Source: Mobula hypostoma (Eukaryota). Taken from it: 64,000 nucleotides of DNA. A program made the position numbers and the translations under genes. Of this stretch, positions 23,993 to 37,638 are shown piece by piece. Position 1 is the stretch's first letter, and each line of letters begins with the position of its first letter. The stretch spans positions 33,916,001-33,980,000 of the forward strand of contig NC_086097.1 of the NCBI RefSeq assembly GCF_963921235.1, written 5' to 3'. The notes beneath the pieces are model-generated. The model saw only the letters and a list, made by a program, of their open reading frames with translations, was not told the origin of the DNA and ran no database searches.

Positions 23993-26334
23993 TCTAATGT
24001 CCACTGCTGTAAGGTATCAGTTGAAAGGGAACAAGCCATATCTTTTGCTTTACATAACGTGACTTCGGTGTATTGCCGCTGTTACGTACTGGCTTGGCCA
24101 CTCACTCTGGTGAATTCCAGTTTCTCCACTTGCTCTCAAAATGACTCTTCAGAGCAAACAAGACTGCATCCGTTCTCTTGGCTCTGCGTGTGATGTGATA
24201 TGAACGTGTGCATTGTACCTCATTACGGTGGTAGAGCTGGCTGAGCGTAGTATTGTACTTTCCCAACAAAGTGTCAAGATACAACATTGCAGGATCAATC
24301 CCCCCCTTCAGCTTGCACTGTCTCAGCCTGTCCTTTCCAGTTGGCCTATTTTTATAGATTACTTACTGACAATTGTGTCGTATTGTGCACTCTATTTATC
24401 AAAACGTCTGTCAAAACCTCACCAGATTAGGCTTTTGGTTTGACGAGGCTGTCTGTCAATGGTAACTGGCTGAACTTGTTACCACAGATGTTTTGTCTCA
24501 TTATCAGACTGCAGCAATATGAAGGCTGCATGTCAGTCCCATGACTGTTAATTAATATCCTTATTTTCAAAAAGAACTCTCTGTTGTCATTAATGCTTGT
24601 GGAACAGATAATATGCAACTCTTCTTTCTGTAGTCGTTTCCAACTACCACTGTTCGTCTTATTCTTGGGGCCCTGAGGCAGGCAAGGTGCAGACCCTCTG
24701 CCTTTCAGAAACTAAGTACTTGCCTCTGGCAAATGATGGCCCTGTTGTTTTAGCAACTAGTTGAACTGATGTAACTAAGGTTTTTGACTTAGTTTCATAC
24801 TCCTGGACATTGCTGTGGCTCTCTGACAGTGCACTGCAGCCATACTGGTCACTTCTGCTCTCGAGTAACACTTCCATTGACACAGCAACTTTATAGTCAA
24901 GGTTTTGTGTGCTGAATTTGTTCACTTATCAAAGCATGCTCAAACTTATCACTGAAGGTATAATCTAAAAAGGCATCAAAATTGCAAATCTGATTAAGTT
25001 CTTCAATGAAACATTATAATCATTAATTCTCGATTCCAACCAGGAATTGGAATATTATTGTCACATGTACTGAGGTATAGTGAAAAGATGGTCCTGCATA
25101 CTGTTCATACAGACCAAATCAGTAACGGCTACAGCTTATTGTTTTTGTTTTACTTTATTCTGCCTCAATGCACCATGTAAAGATTAGCAGTTACCGAGAA
25201 AGTGCAGTACAGAAAACAAAAAGGTGTAATATCATAGCGAGGTCAGGAATCCATCTTATCGTACTAGGGAATCATTCAAGGCCATAAGACCCTACGACAT
25301 AGGAACAGAATTAGGCCGTTCAGCCCATCGATAAAGAAAAGTAGGGTAAAATCTGCCTTTGAACTCCTGTTCTACATGACCAGCGATCCATTATTGCTAC
25401 TAGTTTCAGATTGAAACAGTCTTCCAGTTTCTGTACATATCCTTAAACAGGACACCTTACTGTTTACATGACATGAGCTACCTCCACCAGAGTATTCTTT
25501 CTTATACACAAAATCACCTCATTTTGGGCTCCCATAATACATGCTACTCCATCAAGATCCAAAATAAAATTTGCTTTAAAGAATATATCCTTTCGCTTGA
25601 CACTGGAGTTCTTAGGCTCAGAGACACATGTTGAAGCTCCTCTGTCATACAGTCTGCACATAGCAATGAAATAGTTAAGCAGTAATCCAGGCATAAGGCA
25701 CCCTACTGCCTTTGTATTCTATACTGTGTACTGTCATGTGTATCCTTGGAGACCATCTATAAAAAACATTCTACGCAATTGGGTCAAGGAAAACACTATG
25801 AGGAATCAGTTTTGGTGCTACAAGTTAACCAAAAACTTCACTGGCAAGAATCATGAACATCCTTCTGCAATTTCAAAGAAAATGTACAAATACAATGATC
25901 TCACATTTGCTTCAAAATTCAGTATATAGTTTATACATAATTCTAACTTCAAATCCTTCTCACTTCAAAAGTCTCATACAATCTTTCCCTTGCATCATCC
26001 ATTAGTTTTCTGCACTGGGGAATTCTCCCTTTCTCTTGCTGGCTCTTGGAAGTACTATGCTTGGATTCCTTGTATAGAGCAGATGACAGTGACTTCTATA
26101 CCTGATGCCATGGAAATCTGTTTTGAACATTGATCCTAGTAACATGACTCAGAGCCTGCTGAAGTGATGTAAAAATTCAGCTTCCACATATCTTTGATGC
26201 TGGGTCACATACAAAAGTGTAACCCATTCAAGCACATTTTACCTGTGGAAGTTTAAAGTTTACTATTTGTCCGTGCTAAATATCAAGATTTACTTCTTAA
26301 GGATAAATATGCTCTCAAAGCAGCAGCACAAATA

Positions 26335-26820
26335 TCCAAGGCCTCCTCTACTGTAAAGATGAAGCCACACTCAGGATGAAGGAACAACACCTTATATTCC
26401 ATCTGGGTAGCCTCCAACCTGATGGCATGAACATTGACTTCTCTAACTTCCGCTAATGCCCCACCTCCCCCTCATACCCCATCCGTTATTGCCCATCCTC
26501 TGGGCATCCCCCCTCCCCCTTTATTTCTCCCTAGGCCTCCCGTCCCATGATCCTCTCATAGCCCTTTTGCCAATCAACTGTCCAGCTCTTGGCTCCATCC
26601 CTCCCCCTCCTGTCTTCTCCTATCATTTTGGATCTCCCCCTCCCTCTCCCACTTTAAAATCTCTTACTAGCTCTTCTTTCAGTTAGTCTTGACGAAGGGT
26701 CTCGGCCTGAAACGTCGACTGTACCTCTTCCTAGAGATGCTGCCTGGCCTGCTGCGTTCAACAGCAACTTTTATGTGTGTTGCTTGAAATTCCAGCATCT
26801 GCAGATTTCCTCATGTTTGC
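26335..26820 (+). mobile_element. Penelope-like element 3' fragment with pLTR and hammerhead-like motif (26685-26720)
   Basis: GIY-YIG C-terminal coding remnant; AGUC-UUGACGA-A-GGGUCUCGGCCU-GAAACGUC-GACU. Confidence 0.85.
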
Positions 26821-27134
26821 ACAAATAAACTAAGCTGGAACATAAAGCCTGATGGGACATTAAGCTTAGTGACATCTATTCATTGCATTATATCTTTAAC
26901 AACCTAATTATAATCACAAACTTTCCTGAATTACATCAACTGTTCTCACTCGGCTTAGTGTTGACCTCTGAATTGCTATATTCAAGCTCACTTATTTCAG
27001 CAAATTGCTCAAAACTATTTTCTGAAGAGGTGGCATGATCTTTTCCCCATTTTGTAAGGAACACCTCGACAAATTCACAAGGAACACCATAGAATTGATA
27101 GACTCAGGACAAAAGACAATGCATTATAAGTGTT

Positions 27135-29270
27135 CATATTCCTCTATCCTCCTTACATCTGTGTGTCCATCTCTTAAAAGTCTCTAATGCATTTGCCTCT
27201 ACCACCACACCAAGCAGCACATTCAAAGCATCCATGACTGTCTGAGTGAAAAACTTACCACTCACATCCCTCTTGAATCTACCCCCCTCACCTTCAGTGC
27301 ATGGCCTCTGGTATTAGACATGTCAACCCTGGGAAACAGATACTCTCTGTCCACTCTATCTATGCCTCTCATAACATTGTAAACCTCTATCAGATCTCCC
27401 CTCAGCCTCTGATGCTTCAGAGAAAACAGCCCAAGTTTACCCAGCCTCTCGTGATAGCACGTGCTCTCTACGCCAGGCAGCATCCTGGTAAACCTCTTAT
27501 GCACCATCTCCAAACATCAAAATCCTTCTTATAGTGGGGCAACCAGAACTGTGCATAATACTCCAGATGTGGACTAACCAGAGTTTTTTAAAGTTGCATC
27601 ATTATCTCCTGACTTTTGAACTCAGTGCTCGGACACATACAGGCAAGCATTCCATAAGCCTTCTTAACCACCTTATCCATCTGTGTAGCCACTTCAAGGA
27701 GCTATGAACTTGGATCCCAACATCTCTCTGCTCAGCAACACTGTTACAGACCTTGCCCTGAACAGTGTACTGTCTCCTTGCATTTGCCCTACCGAGGTGC
27801 AACACCTCACATTTATCTGGGCTAAACTTCATCTGCCTTTTCTCTGCCCATATCTGCAACTGGTCTATATTGTGCTGTATTCCTTGTCAGTCTTCTACAC
27901 AATCCAAAACTCCACCAATCTTGGTATCATTTGCAAGCTTACTAACCCACCCGTCTAAATTTTCATCCTACTCATTTATATACATTAAAAACAGCAGAGG
28001 TTCCAGCACAGATCCCTGCAAAACTCCACTAATTACAGACCTCCAGCTCAAATAAGTCCCTTTAACCACTACCCTGTCCTCTATGCGCAAGCCAGTTCTG
28101 AATCCAAACATCCAATTTGCTGTAGAACCCATGCATCTTAATCTTCTGGATTAGTCTCCCATAAGGGACTTTGTCAAACGCCTTACTAAACTAGACAACA
28201 TCTACTGCTCTACCTTCATCAAACTCTCTCGTCACCTTGTCAGAAAACTCATTCAAGCTGGTAGGGCACGGCTCACTGTACACAAAGCCATGTTGGCTCT
28301 CCGTAATTAGGCCATGGATTTCCAAATGCTTATATATCCCATCCCTAAGAACTTTCTCCTGCAATTTCCCCACAACTGACGTGAGACTCACTGGTCTATA
28401 GTTCCCAGGATTTTCCCTTGTTCCCTTCTTAAATAGAGGTATAATATTAGCCACTTGCTAGTCCCCCAGGACCTCGCCTGTGGCTAGAGAGGACACTAAG
28501 ATACTGGTCAAGGGCCCAGCAATCTCATCTCCTGCCTCCTTCAATAACATGAGATAAATTCCATCAGGTCCTGGGGACTTAACCACCTTAGTACTCACTA
28601 GGAAGCCCAATACTTCCTCCTCCTTGGCCTCTAAACACCCTAATGTATTTATACAGTCAGCACTGATCTCCTGGGCCTCCATATCCTTTTCCTTGGTAAA
28701 TACTGAAGCAAAGTTCTCATTTAGTACCTCACCAACATTCCCTGCATCCATGCAAATGTTCTCCTCTTTATCCTTGAGTGGTCCCACTCTCTCCCAAATT
28801 ATCCTCTTGCTCTTGATATTTGTACACAACGTCTTGGAACTCACCTTAATTCTACTTGCCAGGACTTTTCATGTCCTCTCCTGACTTTCCTTATTCCTTT
28901 CTTTAGTTCTTCTCTGGCTTCTTTATATTCATGTGCTTCGTTTGATCCTAACTTCTGAAGCTTTATAAACTTTTCCTTTTCCTCCTTGACTAAATCCATC
29001 ACCTCTCTGGACATCCAAGGTTCTCTTATCTTTCTATCCCCATTCTTTGTTCTAATAGAAACTTACGTTTCCTGCACTCTGTGCAATTGATCTTTAAACA
29101 TCCTCCACAGGTCTGATGTGGACTTGCCAGAGTAAAGGTGTTCCCAGTTAACACCTCCTAGTTCCAGCCTAATGCCCTTGTAATTTGCCCTACTCCAATT
29201 AGAAACCCTCCCACAAGTTCCATAACTATCCTTACCTATAGCTATCAAGCTATCAGGAGACTGATAACAG
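27135..29270 (-). mobile_element. CR1 LINE fragment (RT), frameshifted
   Basis: ORFs 28458-28844, 28191-28454, 27602-27859 and 27262-27513 with CR1 ORF2 motifs. Confidence 0.9.
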
Positions 29271-29463
29271 TCAGTCAATTTATGCTGAGCATTATTCCAA
29301 TAATTTCCAGCAATACCCTTTGCCATTTTGAACCATACACTTCCACTATACTTTCAGCATTTGGAATTCAATCAGCCTTGGATTATGACAAATGTCACCC
29401 CTTGATAAATTCAGGACAGCATGTGCTTTAAATAGTGTGATCCGCCTTTGTTTCATTACTTAC

Positions 29464-29630
29464 CATCCACACCATTAAATAAGAGAAGACGGCAATCCAC
29501 AGGGTAGACATGATGAAGGTAATCATGAAGAACCTCTCCCAGCGAGGCTGTGTACAGTTAGGTACAGTGAAGAACAGCATAATGAGGACCGGCCATGAAC
29601 TTAGCCACTTGAGTTTATTCAAATTGCCAT
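29464..29630 (-). CDS. SLC24A4: SLC24A4 exon (167 nt): (D)GNLNKLKWLSSWPVLIMLFFTVPNCTQPRWERFFMITFIMSTLWIAVFSYLMVWM
   Basis: ttatctacag|AT...ATG|gtaagt; phase 1/0; KW..WP...T.PNC..PRWE motif. Confidence 0.96.
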
Positions 29631-29849
29631 CTGTAGATAATAAAAAAAAACATCAGTGCATTGGGTTTTACACAGTGAAGAAATAGAGGGATCAGAAAAA
29701 AATCTAACAAAATCTTTTATAAGAGTATGCCAAAGACTGCTTCTAATTACTGGCTTTCAGTTGCCAGGTTGAGTAGTTAGCCTCTCAACTCCAGAGACTT
29801 TTTCAGGTCCAAATGAAAAGAGGCTGAGAATGCTAACTTAAACAATCTG

Positions 29850-31220
29850 GATGTGCAAATTAGGAGCAGGTGTAGGTGGAAAGGCTCCAAGAACCTGCCT
29901 GTCATTCACAGTTGTTCTTGTAAGAGCCTGGTTGTTTTGACTGCAACCTCAGCTTCATATTCCTGCCTACTCCTGATAATCTTTCACTCCACTGCTCATC
30001 AAAAATCCATCTAGTGCTGTCTCACAAGTTTTCAAAGACTGCTTTCACAGTCGTTGAGAAAGAGTTCCAAAGGCTCATGACTCTGCAAGAGAACAGCATG
30101 CCTCAATTATGAGCACATTCCCCCTTATTTTTAAATACTCCTACGTTCTCTCATAAGAGGAAGCATCTTCTGCACATCCACAATGTCAAATTTTGTCATG
30201 ATCTGAAATTATCAAATAAAATGTCATTTTTCGCTCTTCTAAACTCCGGCTAACCCATGTTGAGCCTATTCAATTCTTCTCATAAGGAAAGTTGCCCATT
30301 TTAGATAGTAATTTGGAAAATCTTCTCTGGATTGCTTCAAAGCACTTACATTGCTCTTTTAAGGAGAAGACAGATGCTGTACACAGAATCCTCGAAGTAG
30401 TCACACCATTGTCTAATATATGAAGAATAATATCCCTGCTTTTGTATTTCCTTTCCCTCACTAATCCCTGCGGCAAGCCACTCCTCACATCTTGTTGATC
30501 AGTAAAAGACTCATTTAAGCCTACTCAGTATTTACTGTTTACCAGCAGCCTTCTATTTACACCAGTAGGTTACCTCCCACGCAATGGGCATTTAACTTCC
30601 CCAACACCCTTTGACGTGGCACCTTCTGAAATCCAAGCAAGCCACAAGAGACAGCAGATGCTGGGATTTGGAGACACGAACAACCGGCTCGACTACCTGG
30701 GTTTCTCCTCCAGATTGTTGCTTCCAAAATTTATGTAATGATTCCCCTTATCTATAATGTACTTTTTCTTCGAAGAACTTCAATAAAATTGGTAAAGTAT
30801 TTGATTTCCTTTTGACAAAGAAATACTGACTTGGCTGTTAAATGAAAATTTTTCTCAGTGCCCAACTACAATATCTTTAATAAAACGTTCTAACATTTTC
30901 CCTATACTGATATTACACTAACTGGATTCCGGTTTCCTGCTTTACAACTTCTTTTTTGAATTACAAATTTACATCTGATAATTTTCCTTTCTTTTCCTGA
31001 AGCTAGGACATTTGAAAAATTAAAGCAAATGCATCAATTATCTCCATGACCATTTCACTTAAAAGCCTGGTATGAAATTTATCAGGATACAAAGATTTAG
31101 AAGCCTGCAGCTCCAACAATTTGCTCCACATCATGTTCATGGTGGCTTATAATTTTCCGGAATTCCTCCCTCCCTAAGTGTTCCAGATTTATGGACATTT
31201 CTGGGATGTTAAGACAGGTC
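29850..31220 (-). mobile_element. Old, highly degenerate CR1-like fragments
   Basis: Remnant EAIQRRFSKL and CR1 3' UTR-like sequence. Confidence 0.5.
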
Positions 31221-31747
31221 CTCTCTTTCAAAATTTGACTCGGTCCTTTGGTTATGAAAAGCCTCTTTCAGGCTATCTCCAGCTGAATATCCTTACATGC
31301 ATCAGCTAATTATAGAACTCTTCCAATGTTAGCTTTGTTGCCTTCCTATCGGTTACCTTGCATAGACTCACCTCATCCAAAACTTTTTTTCCTAAATCAT
31401 ATCTTGTTATATATTTTGCTAATTTCATGATCTATTAAAATTAAATTCTCAGCCCTGTATTTCAATATTCAGTACTTCCTGTTGTACTCTTGACTTTGCC
31501 CTAATACAAACCCAATAAAACTCTTCCATTTTGTAGAAAATAACACCTGCTGTGCAGATTCACTTCTTTCTTCCAACTTGACTGATTTTTCAGCTTTGGA
31601 ATTCCCTCTCAAAATCCCTTTGCTTCTTCATCCCACTCACCCCACCCCCAATTCAAGAAATCTACATATATAAAAAAACACTTGGACAACTCTCCTTTTG
31701 TATTTATATCTATTAGAATGAAGAGCTATGGGTTACTTTATATAAGA

Positions 31748-31945
31748 GATACATAAAGTGCTGAAAGAACTCATTGGGCCAAATGGCATTTGTAGAAGCA
31801 AAGGGATGATCAATGTTTCAGGTCAAGATCAGTCCTGATGCGTGTTCTCAACATGATACATTGACCATCCCTTTCCTTCACAGATGCTGATTGAGCCACC
31901 GAGTTCTTTCCGCCCTTCACCTATTGCTTCAGATTCCAGCATTCA
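31748..31945. repeat. Fold-back (palindromic) Penelope-pLTR-derived element
   Basis: Arms gaaagaactca...gaagcaaagggatgatcaatgtttca / tgatacattgaccatccctttccttc...gagttctttc. Confidence 0.6.
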
Positions 31946-31982
31946 CAATCGCTTAAAAGCAAGAGATTTTGCAGATGCTGGA

Positions 31983-34852
31983 ACATAAGGACATAAGAAA
32001 TAGGTACAGGAGTCAGCCATCTGGCCCATTGAGCCTGCTCCACCATTCAATAAGATCATGGCTGATCTGACCATGGACTCATCTTCACCTACCTGCCTTA
32101 TTCCCATAACCCTTAATTCCCCTACTATGCAAAAATCTTTCCAACCTCATCTTAAATATATTTACTGAGGTAGCCTTCACTGCTTCATTAGGCAGAGAAT
32201 TCCACAGATTCACCTCTCTCTGGGAAAAGCAGTTCCTCCTCATGTCCACCCTAAATCTGCTCGCCTGAATCTTGAGGCTATGTCTTCTAGTTCTAGTCTC
32301 ACCTTCCAGTTGAAACAACTTTCCTGCCTCTATCTTATCTATCCCTTTCATAATTCTACATGTTTCTATAAGATCTCCTCTCATTCTTCTGAATTCCGAC
32401 GAGTATAGTCCCAGGTGACTCGATCTCTTCTTGTAATCTAACCCATTCATTTCTCCCCTGCACCACCTCCAAAGACAGTATACCCTTCTTCAAGTAAGGA
32501 GAACAGAACTGCACGCAGTACTCCAGATGTGGCCTCACCAGTACCCTGTACAGTTGCAACATAACCTCCCTGCTCTTAAATTCAATCCCTCTGGCCATGA
32601 ACGCCAATAATCCATTTGCCTTCTTGATAGGCTGCTGCATCTGCAAACCAACCTTTTGTGATTCAAGCATAAGCACTCCAAATCCTTCTGCACAGCAGCA
32701 TGCTGCAATCTTTTACCATTTATATAATAACCTGATCTTCCATTTTCCTTCCAAAGTGGACGAACTTGCATTTACCAACACTGTACTTCAGCTGCCATAC
32801 CCTTGCCCACTCACTTAACCTATCTATATCTCTCTGCAGACTCTCCTTATCCTCTGCATAATTTGCTTTTCCACTCAATTTAGTGTCATCAACAAACTTA
32901 GATACACTACACTCGGTCTCCTCTTCCAGATCGTTAATGTATATCGTGAACGGTTGTGGGCCCAGCACCGACCCCTGAAGCACACCGCTCACCACCGATT
33001 GCCAACCAGAGAAACACCCATGTATTCCAATTTTCTGTTTTTTATTGGTTAACCAGTTCTCTATCCACGCTAATACATCAACCCAAACTCTATGCATTCT
33101 TATCTTATGGATAAGTCTTTTATGTGGCACCTTATCAAATGCCTTCTGGAATTCCAAGTAAATGACATCCATCTGTTGCCCTCTATCCACTGTGCTCGTT
33201 ATATCCTCAAAGAACACCAGTAAGTTTGTCAAACAGGACCTGCCTTTGCTGAATCCCTGCTGCGTCTGCCTGATGGATTCATTTCTTTCCAGATGCCTCG
33301 CTATTTCTTCTTTAATGATAGCTTCAAGCATTTTCCAAATACAGATGTTAAAACAGTTGGCCTAATAGTTACCTGCCTTTTGCCTACATCCTTTTTTGAA
33401 CAGTGGTGTGTCATTCACCTTCTTTCAATCCTTCAGGACCTGCCCAGAGTCTAGAGAATTTTGGTAAATTATCACCAAAGCCTCAAATATAACCTCTGCC
33501 GTCTCTTTCAGTACCCTGGGATGAGGGGACTTGTCTATCTTTAGGCCCACAGGTTTGCTCAGCACTACCTCTTTCGTGATAGCTATTGTATCGAGGTCCT
33601 CATCTCCCATCGCATCAATATCATCTCTCTTCGGCATGTTAGACGCGTCCTCCATCGTGAAAACCAACACAAAATAGTCATTCAAAGCCTCAGCCATTTC
33701 CTCATCACCCAGTATTAATTCTCCCTTCTCGTCCTCCAAGGGACCTACGTTCACTTTGGCCACCCTTTCCTGCCTTATATAATTATAGAAACTTTTACTA
33801 TCCATTTTCATATTTTGTGCTAGTTATTTTCATAATCTATTTCCCCTTTCTTTATTGCTCGCTTAGTGGTTCTTTGTTGCTTTTTGAAGTTTTCCAAATC
33901 TTCCAGTTTCCCACTAACTCTTGGCGACTTTGTATGCCCAAGCTTTCAGTTTGATGCCTTCTGTTATTTCCAAAGTTATCCATGGCTGGCTCTCCCCACC
34001 CTTACTGTCCTTGCTTTAAACTGCAATATACTTTTGTTGAGCACTGTGAAACATCTCTTTGAAAGTCTTCCACTGTAGCTCAATTGTTCCACCATATAGC
34101 CTGTGTTCCCAGTCTATCCTATCCAATTCCTCCCTCATCCCAATGTAGTCTCCCTTGTTTAGGCATAGTATACTGGTGTTAGATTGGACTATTGCACCCT
34201 CCACTTGTATGAGAAACTCAGTCATGCTGTGATCACTCTTTCCAAGATCACTACTTTTACCTGTCTCGTTGCACAGGACCAGATCTAAGATTGCACGTTC
34301 CCTTGTAGGTTCAGTAACATGCTGTTCAAGAAAGCGATCACGGATGTATTCTACGAAGTCTTCCTCAGGACTACCTCGACCAACTTGATTCACCCAATCT
34401 ATGTGCAAGTTAAAGTCCCCCATGATAACTGTTGTTCCATTCTGGCCTGGGTCAGATATTTCTTGGTTTATTGCTTATGCCACTGTAATGTTGTTATTCG
34501 GTGGGCTATAGACAACTTCCATCAGTAATTTTTTCCCTTTACTATTCCTAATCTCTACCCAGAGGGATTCAACATTCTGCTCCTTAGATCTTATATCGTC
34601 TCTCAGTATCATCCTGATCTCATCGTTAATTAAGAGTGCTACCTCACCTCTCTTACCTTCCTGCCTATCCTTTCGTATTACCTGATATCCTTGGATATTT
34701 AATTCCCAATCCTCTCCACCCTCCAACCACGTTTCTGTAATGGCCACTAAATCATACCCCTTTGTACTGATTTGTGCCACAAGTTCACTGACCTCGTTAT
34801 GAATACTACTGGCATTCAGATATAGTGCCTTACTCTCATTGTGCCTTTATAA
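31983..34852 (-). mobile_element. CR1 LINE spanning almost all of ORF2 (APE endonuclease + RT), disrupted
   Basis: ORFs 34475-34780 (YDLVAITETWL), 34016-34423 (MGDFN...LDLV...SDH), 33425-33811, 32720-33331, 32356-32676 and 32085-32450; (CTTATGT)-type tail. Confidence 0.95.
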
Positions 34853-34869
34853 TCTAGCAATCTTTGCCT

Positions 34870-36810
34870 CTTCAAACAGAACAAATCTCATCGGGAGTGA
34901 CTCATCTTTTGAAGTAGCAAGCGAGTGACCGACGTGGTTGCAGGATGGGAGCCATTTGGAAAGAACAAGTTTCATTGGGAGTGAGTCACAATTTGAAATA
35001 GTGAGTGAGAGAGAGATATATTGTTGGTGGGTAGGAGCCATTTGGAAAGCACAAGCCTCACTGGGAATGAGTTTTACTCGAGCCATTAAAAAGAAGCGAG
35101 GTGTATGTGATGCGGCACATTGTGGGAGCAGTATCGTTAAGTGGGCCGGTGTTAGAGTGGGCCGGTGTTAGAGTGGCCAGGCTTTAGCTTGACAGGCTTT
35201 GTTGATGACAGGCAGAGGCTAAAGGAGCTGAGTTATTTGTTATTGATTGTGGAACATGGGCTTGAGAAGTTGGAGCCAATGGTGTTACAAGCTTGGTGGG
35301 AAGAGGCTGAATAAATGACTTAAGTGAGTGTGAAACCCAAAGGCTTCAGAGAGAAGGCACAGGTAAGAACAAGTAAGCCTTTTTTTTAATTGTCTGTAAA
35401 TCCTTAGTCTTTAGTTCAGTGTCGGCAGGATTGTTAAGGCAGTGGAATGCCCCTCCTGTGAAATATAGTATTTCGGGGTACCTAATGACTACATCTGCAG
35501 GAAAGTGCACCCAACTTCACCTCCTGAGTAACAAGGTCAAGGATCTGGAGCTGGAGCCAGGAGGCTGGAAACCTCATAGATGAAACTTTTACTGAGGTGG
35601 TCAGATAGCAGTTGGGTTACCACCAGCAGATGAAAGGGGAGTCAGCAGTCAGTGCAGGGTTTCCCTGTGGCCATTGCCCTCAGCAACAAGTACACGCCTT
35701 TTAGATTTCCAGCATCTGCAGGTTTTCTCGTGTTTGTGCCCTTTAGATACTGCTGGGGGTGGGGGGATGAATTATCAGGGCACGGCAGCAGTAGCCAGGC
35801 CAGTGGCACTGTGGGTGGCTGCGAGGCTCAGCAGGGAAGGGTAAAGTCAAGTAGAGCAATAGAAATAGGAGACTGAATACTTAGGGGGGAATGGACAGGA
35901 GATTCAGTGGCCATGAGAGATGCCATGATGGTGTGTTGCTTCCTAGGTGTTAGGGACAAGGCTGCAGAATACTCTCAAGTGGGAGAGTGAACAGCCAGAG
36001 GTTGTGGCGCACGTTGGCACCAATGTCATAGGTAGAAATGGGGGAAAAAGGTCCTGTACAGTGAGTGTAGAGAGTTAGGGAAGCGGCTGAAGAACAGGAT
36101 CTCCCAGGTAGTAATCTCTGGATTACTCCCAGTAATGTGCTAGTCAGGGCAGGAATAGGATAATGCACAGATGAATGAGTGGCTAAGGAACTGGTGCAGA
36201 GGGCAGGGTATCAGGTTTCTGGATCATTGGAACCTTGTCTGGGGCAGCGGTGACCTGTAAAAGGGGGATGGGTTGCACATAAACTGGAGGAGAACCAATA
36301 TCCTGGCCGGGAGGTTCACTAATACAACTCAGGAGGTCTTGAACTAGTTTGGCAGGGGGATGGGAGCCAGAGCACTAGATCAGAAAGTAGAAAGATGGGG
36401 TGGAAGGTAGATGTCAGGGCCAGTAAAAGCAGGCAGGAGCAAAGTAACAGATATAACAGGATGGATAGTTTGAAGTGTGTGTATTTTAATGAAGGGAGTA
36501 TTAGGGGTAAGGGTGATGAACTTAGAGCATGGATCAGTACATGGAATTATGATATTGTGGCCATTGCAAAGACTTGGTCGAGAGAGGGACAGGTATGGGT
36601 GGTAGTAGGGGCAGATACATCAGGAATTTTCAAGAGATGTCTAGATAGGCACACGAATGCGAGGAAAATGGAAGGATATGGGCATAGTGAAGGCATAAGT
36701 TTATGCCTAGATTAGTTTAGCTGCTTATTTGATTACTAATTTAATTGGTTTGGCACAATGTTGTAGGTTAGATGGCCTGTTCCTGTGCTGTTCTGGTTTG
36801 TGTTCTTGGA
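34870..36810 (+). mobile_element. Internally deleted CR1 LINE: 5' UTR, ORF1 (zinc-finger + SGNH esterase remnants), ORF2 start, 3' end
   Basis: Repeated GGAGCCATT 5' UTR motifs; ECPSC..YICRKC; IGD, VAHVGTN and GLHINWRRTNIL esterase blocks; MDSLKCVYFN...YDIVAI fused to FKRCLDRH and the 3' UTR. Confidence 0.8.
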
Positions 36811-36812
36811 GC

Positions 36813-36975
36813 TCAAAATGTCAGGTAGCACCTATGGAGGGGAATAAACAGTTGATGCTTTGGGCTAAGACATTCATTAGGACTGATGAAGGGTCTTGAC
36901 CCGAAATGTCAACTCTTTTATTTCTCTCTGTAGATGCTGTCACATCCGCTGAGTCTTTCCACTGTCTCTTGTGTC
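36813..36975. repeat. Fold-back Penelope-pLTR-derived element with hammerhead core (CTGATGA 36883-36889; GAAATGTC 36903-36910)
   Basis: Imperfect inverted arms around ~36880; stem II GGGTC-TT-GACCC. Confidence 0.6.
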
Positions 36976-37638
36976 TCTAGGGCATGGGATGGCAGTAAAT
37001 CTATGTTTTTGTTTGAAGTGATCAGATTCAAGATGGCATAAGATGTAAGCTTTATGTATAATTGTAACAAAATGTTAATTAACATGTTATTGTCAATCTG
37101 AATGAAGGCTAGCCACTTTCCAACCAAGAAAGAGACAAAAAGGACAGAAACTCTGGGGTCTCATGTTTTGACTCCTATGTGGGAATCAAAGTCCCAGACA
37201 CAACAGTTTTTCAACCTGCCATTGCCTTTATACTCTGCTTCTCCCATTCTAGAGAATATTATAGGAATGAGAAAACATGGGAATGTGGGCAAGAATTGCT
37301 TCAATCAGATTAGGATACTGCCAACTTCAGTTTACAGCTTGGCTACATGCTGAACAGTAATATAATTTGAGGCTTAGGGTGAGGTGGTGAGTTGTAGGTG
37401 CCATTACTTTTCTTGAACTGAGGGTTCTTGCTTGTTTATGAATATTTACAACTTTAGGAAGTTTGACACACAGTTTCAATTTGCCTATGTTTATCTGAGG
37501 TACATTAAAGGTTGGGCTCAGAACAATGCCCTGTTAAAAATGAAACCTGAGGTTACATATTTTTCATGAGTGTCTGTACAAGTTGCTTCAAGGTGAAAGC
37601 ATGGACACCTTGGACTGTAACTATTACTGTTAGACCTC

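Noticed and set aside
34920..35180. Spaced short repeats (GGAGCCATT; GTGGGCCGGTGTTAGA x2) resembling an array
   Set aside because: Irregular spacing and position upstream of CR1 ORF1 indicate LINE 5' UTR repeats; this is eukaryotic DNA with no cas genes, so not CRISPR.
31983..36600. Single CR1 with a twin-priming 5' inversion (head-to-head minus ORF2 and plus 5'UTR/ORF1)
   Set aside because: Both parts include the ORF2 start with clearly different sequences (LYLNASSI..LVAQI vs VYFNEGSI..LRAWI), and the plus element has its own 3' end; these are two separate insertions.
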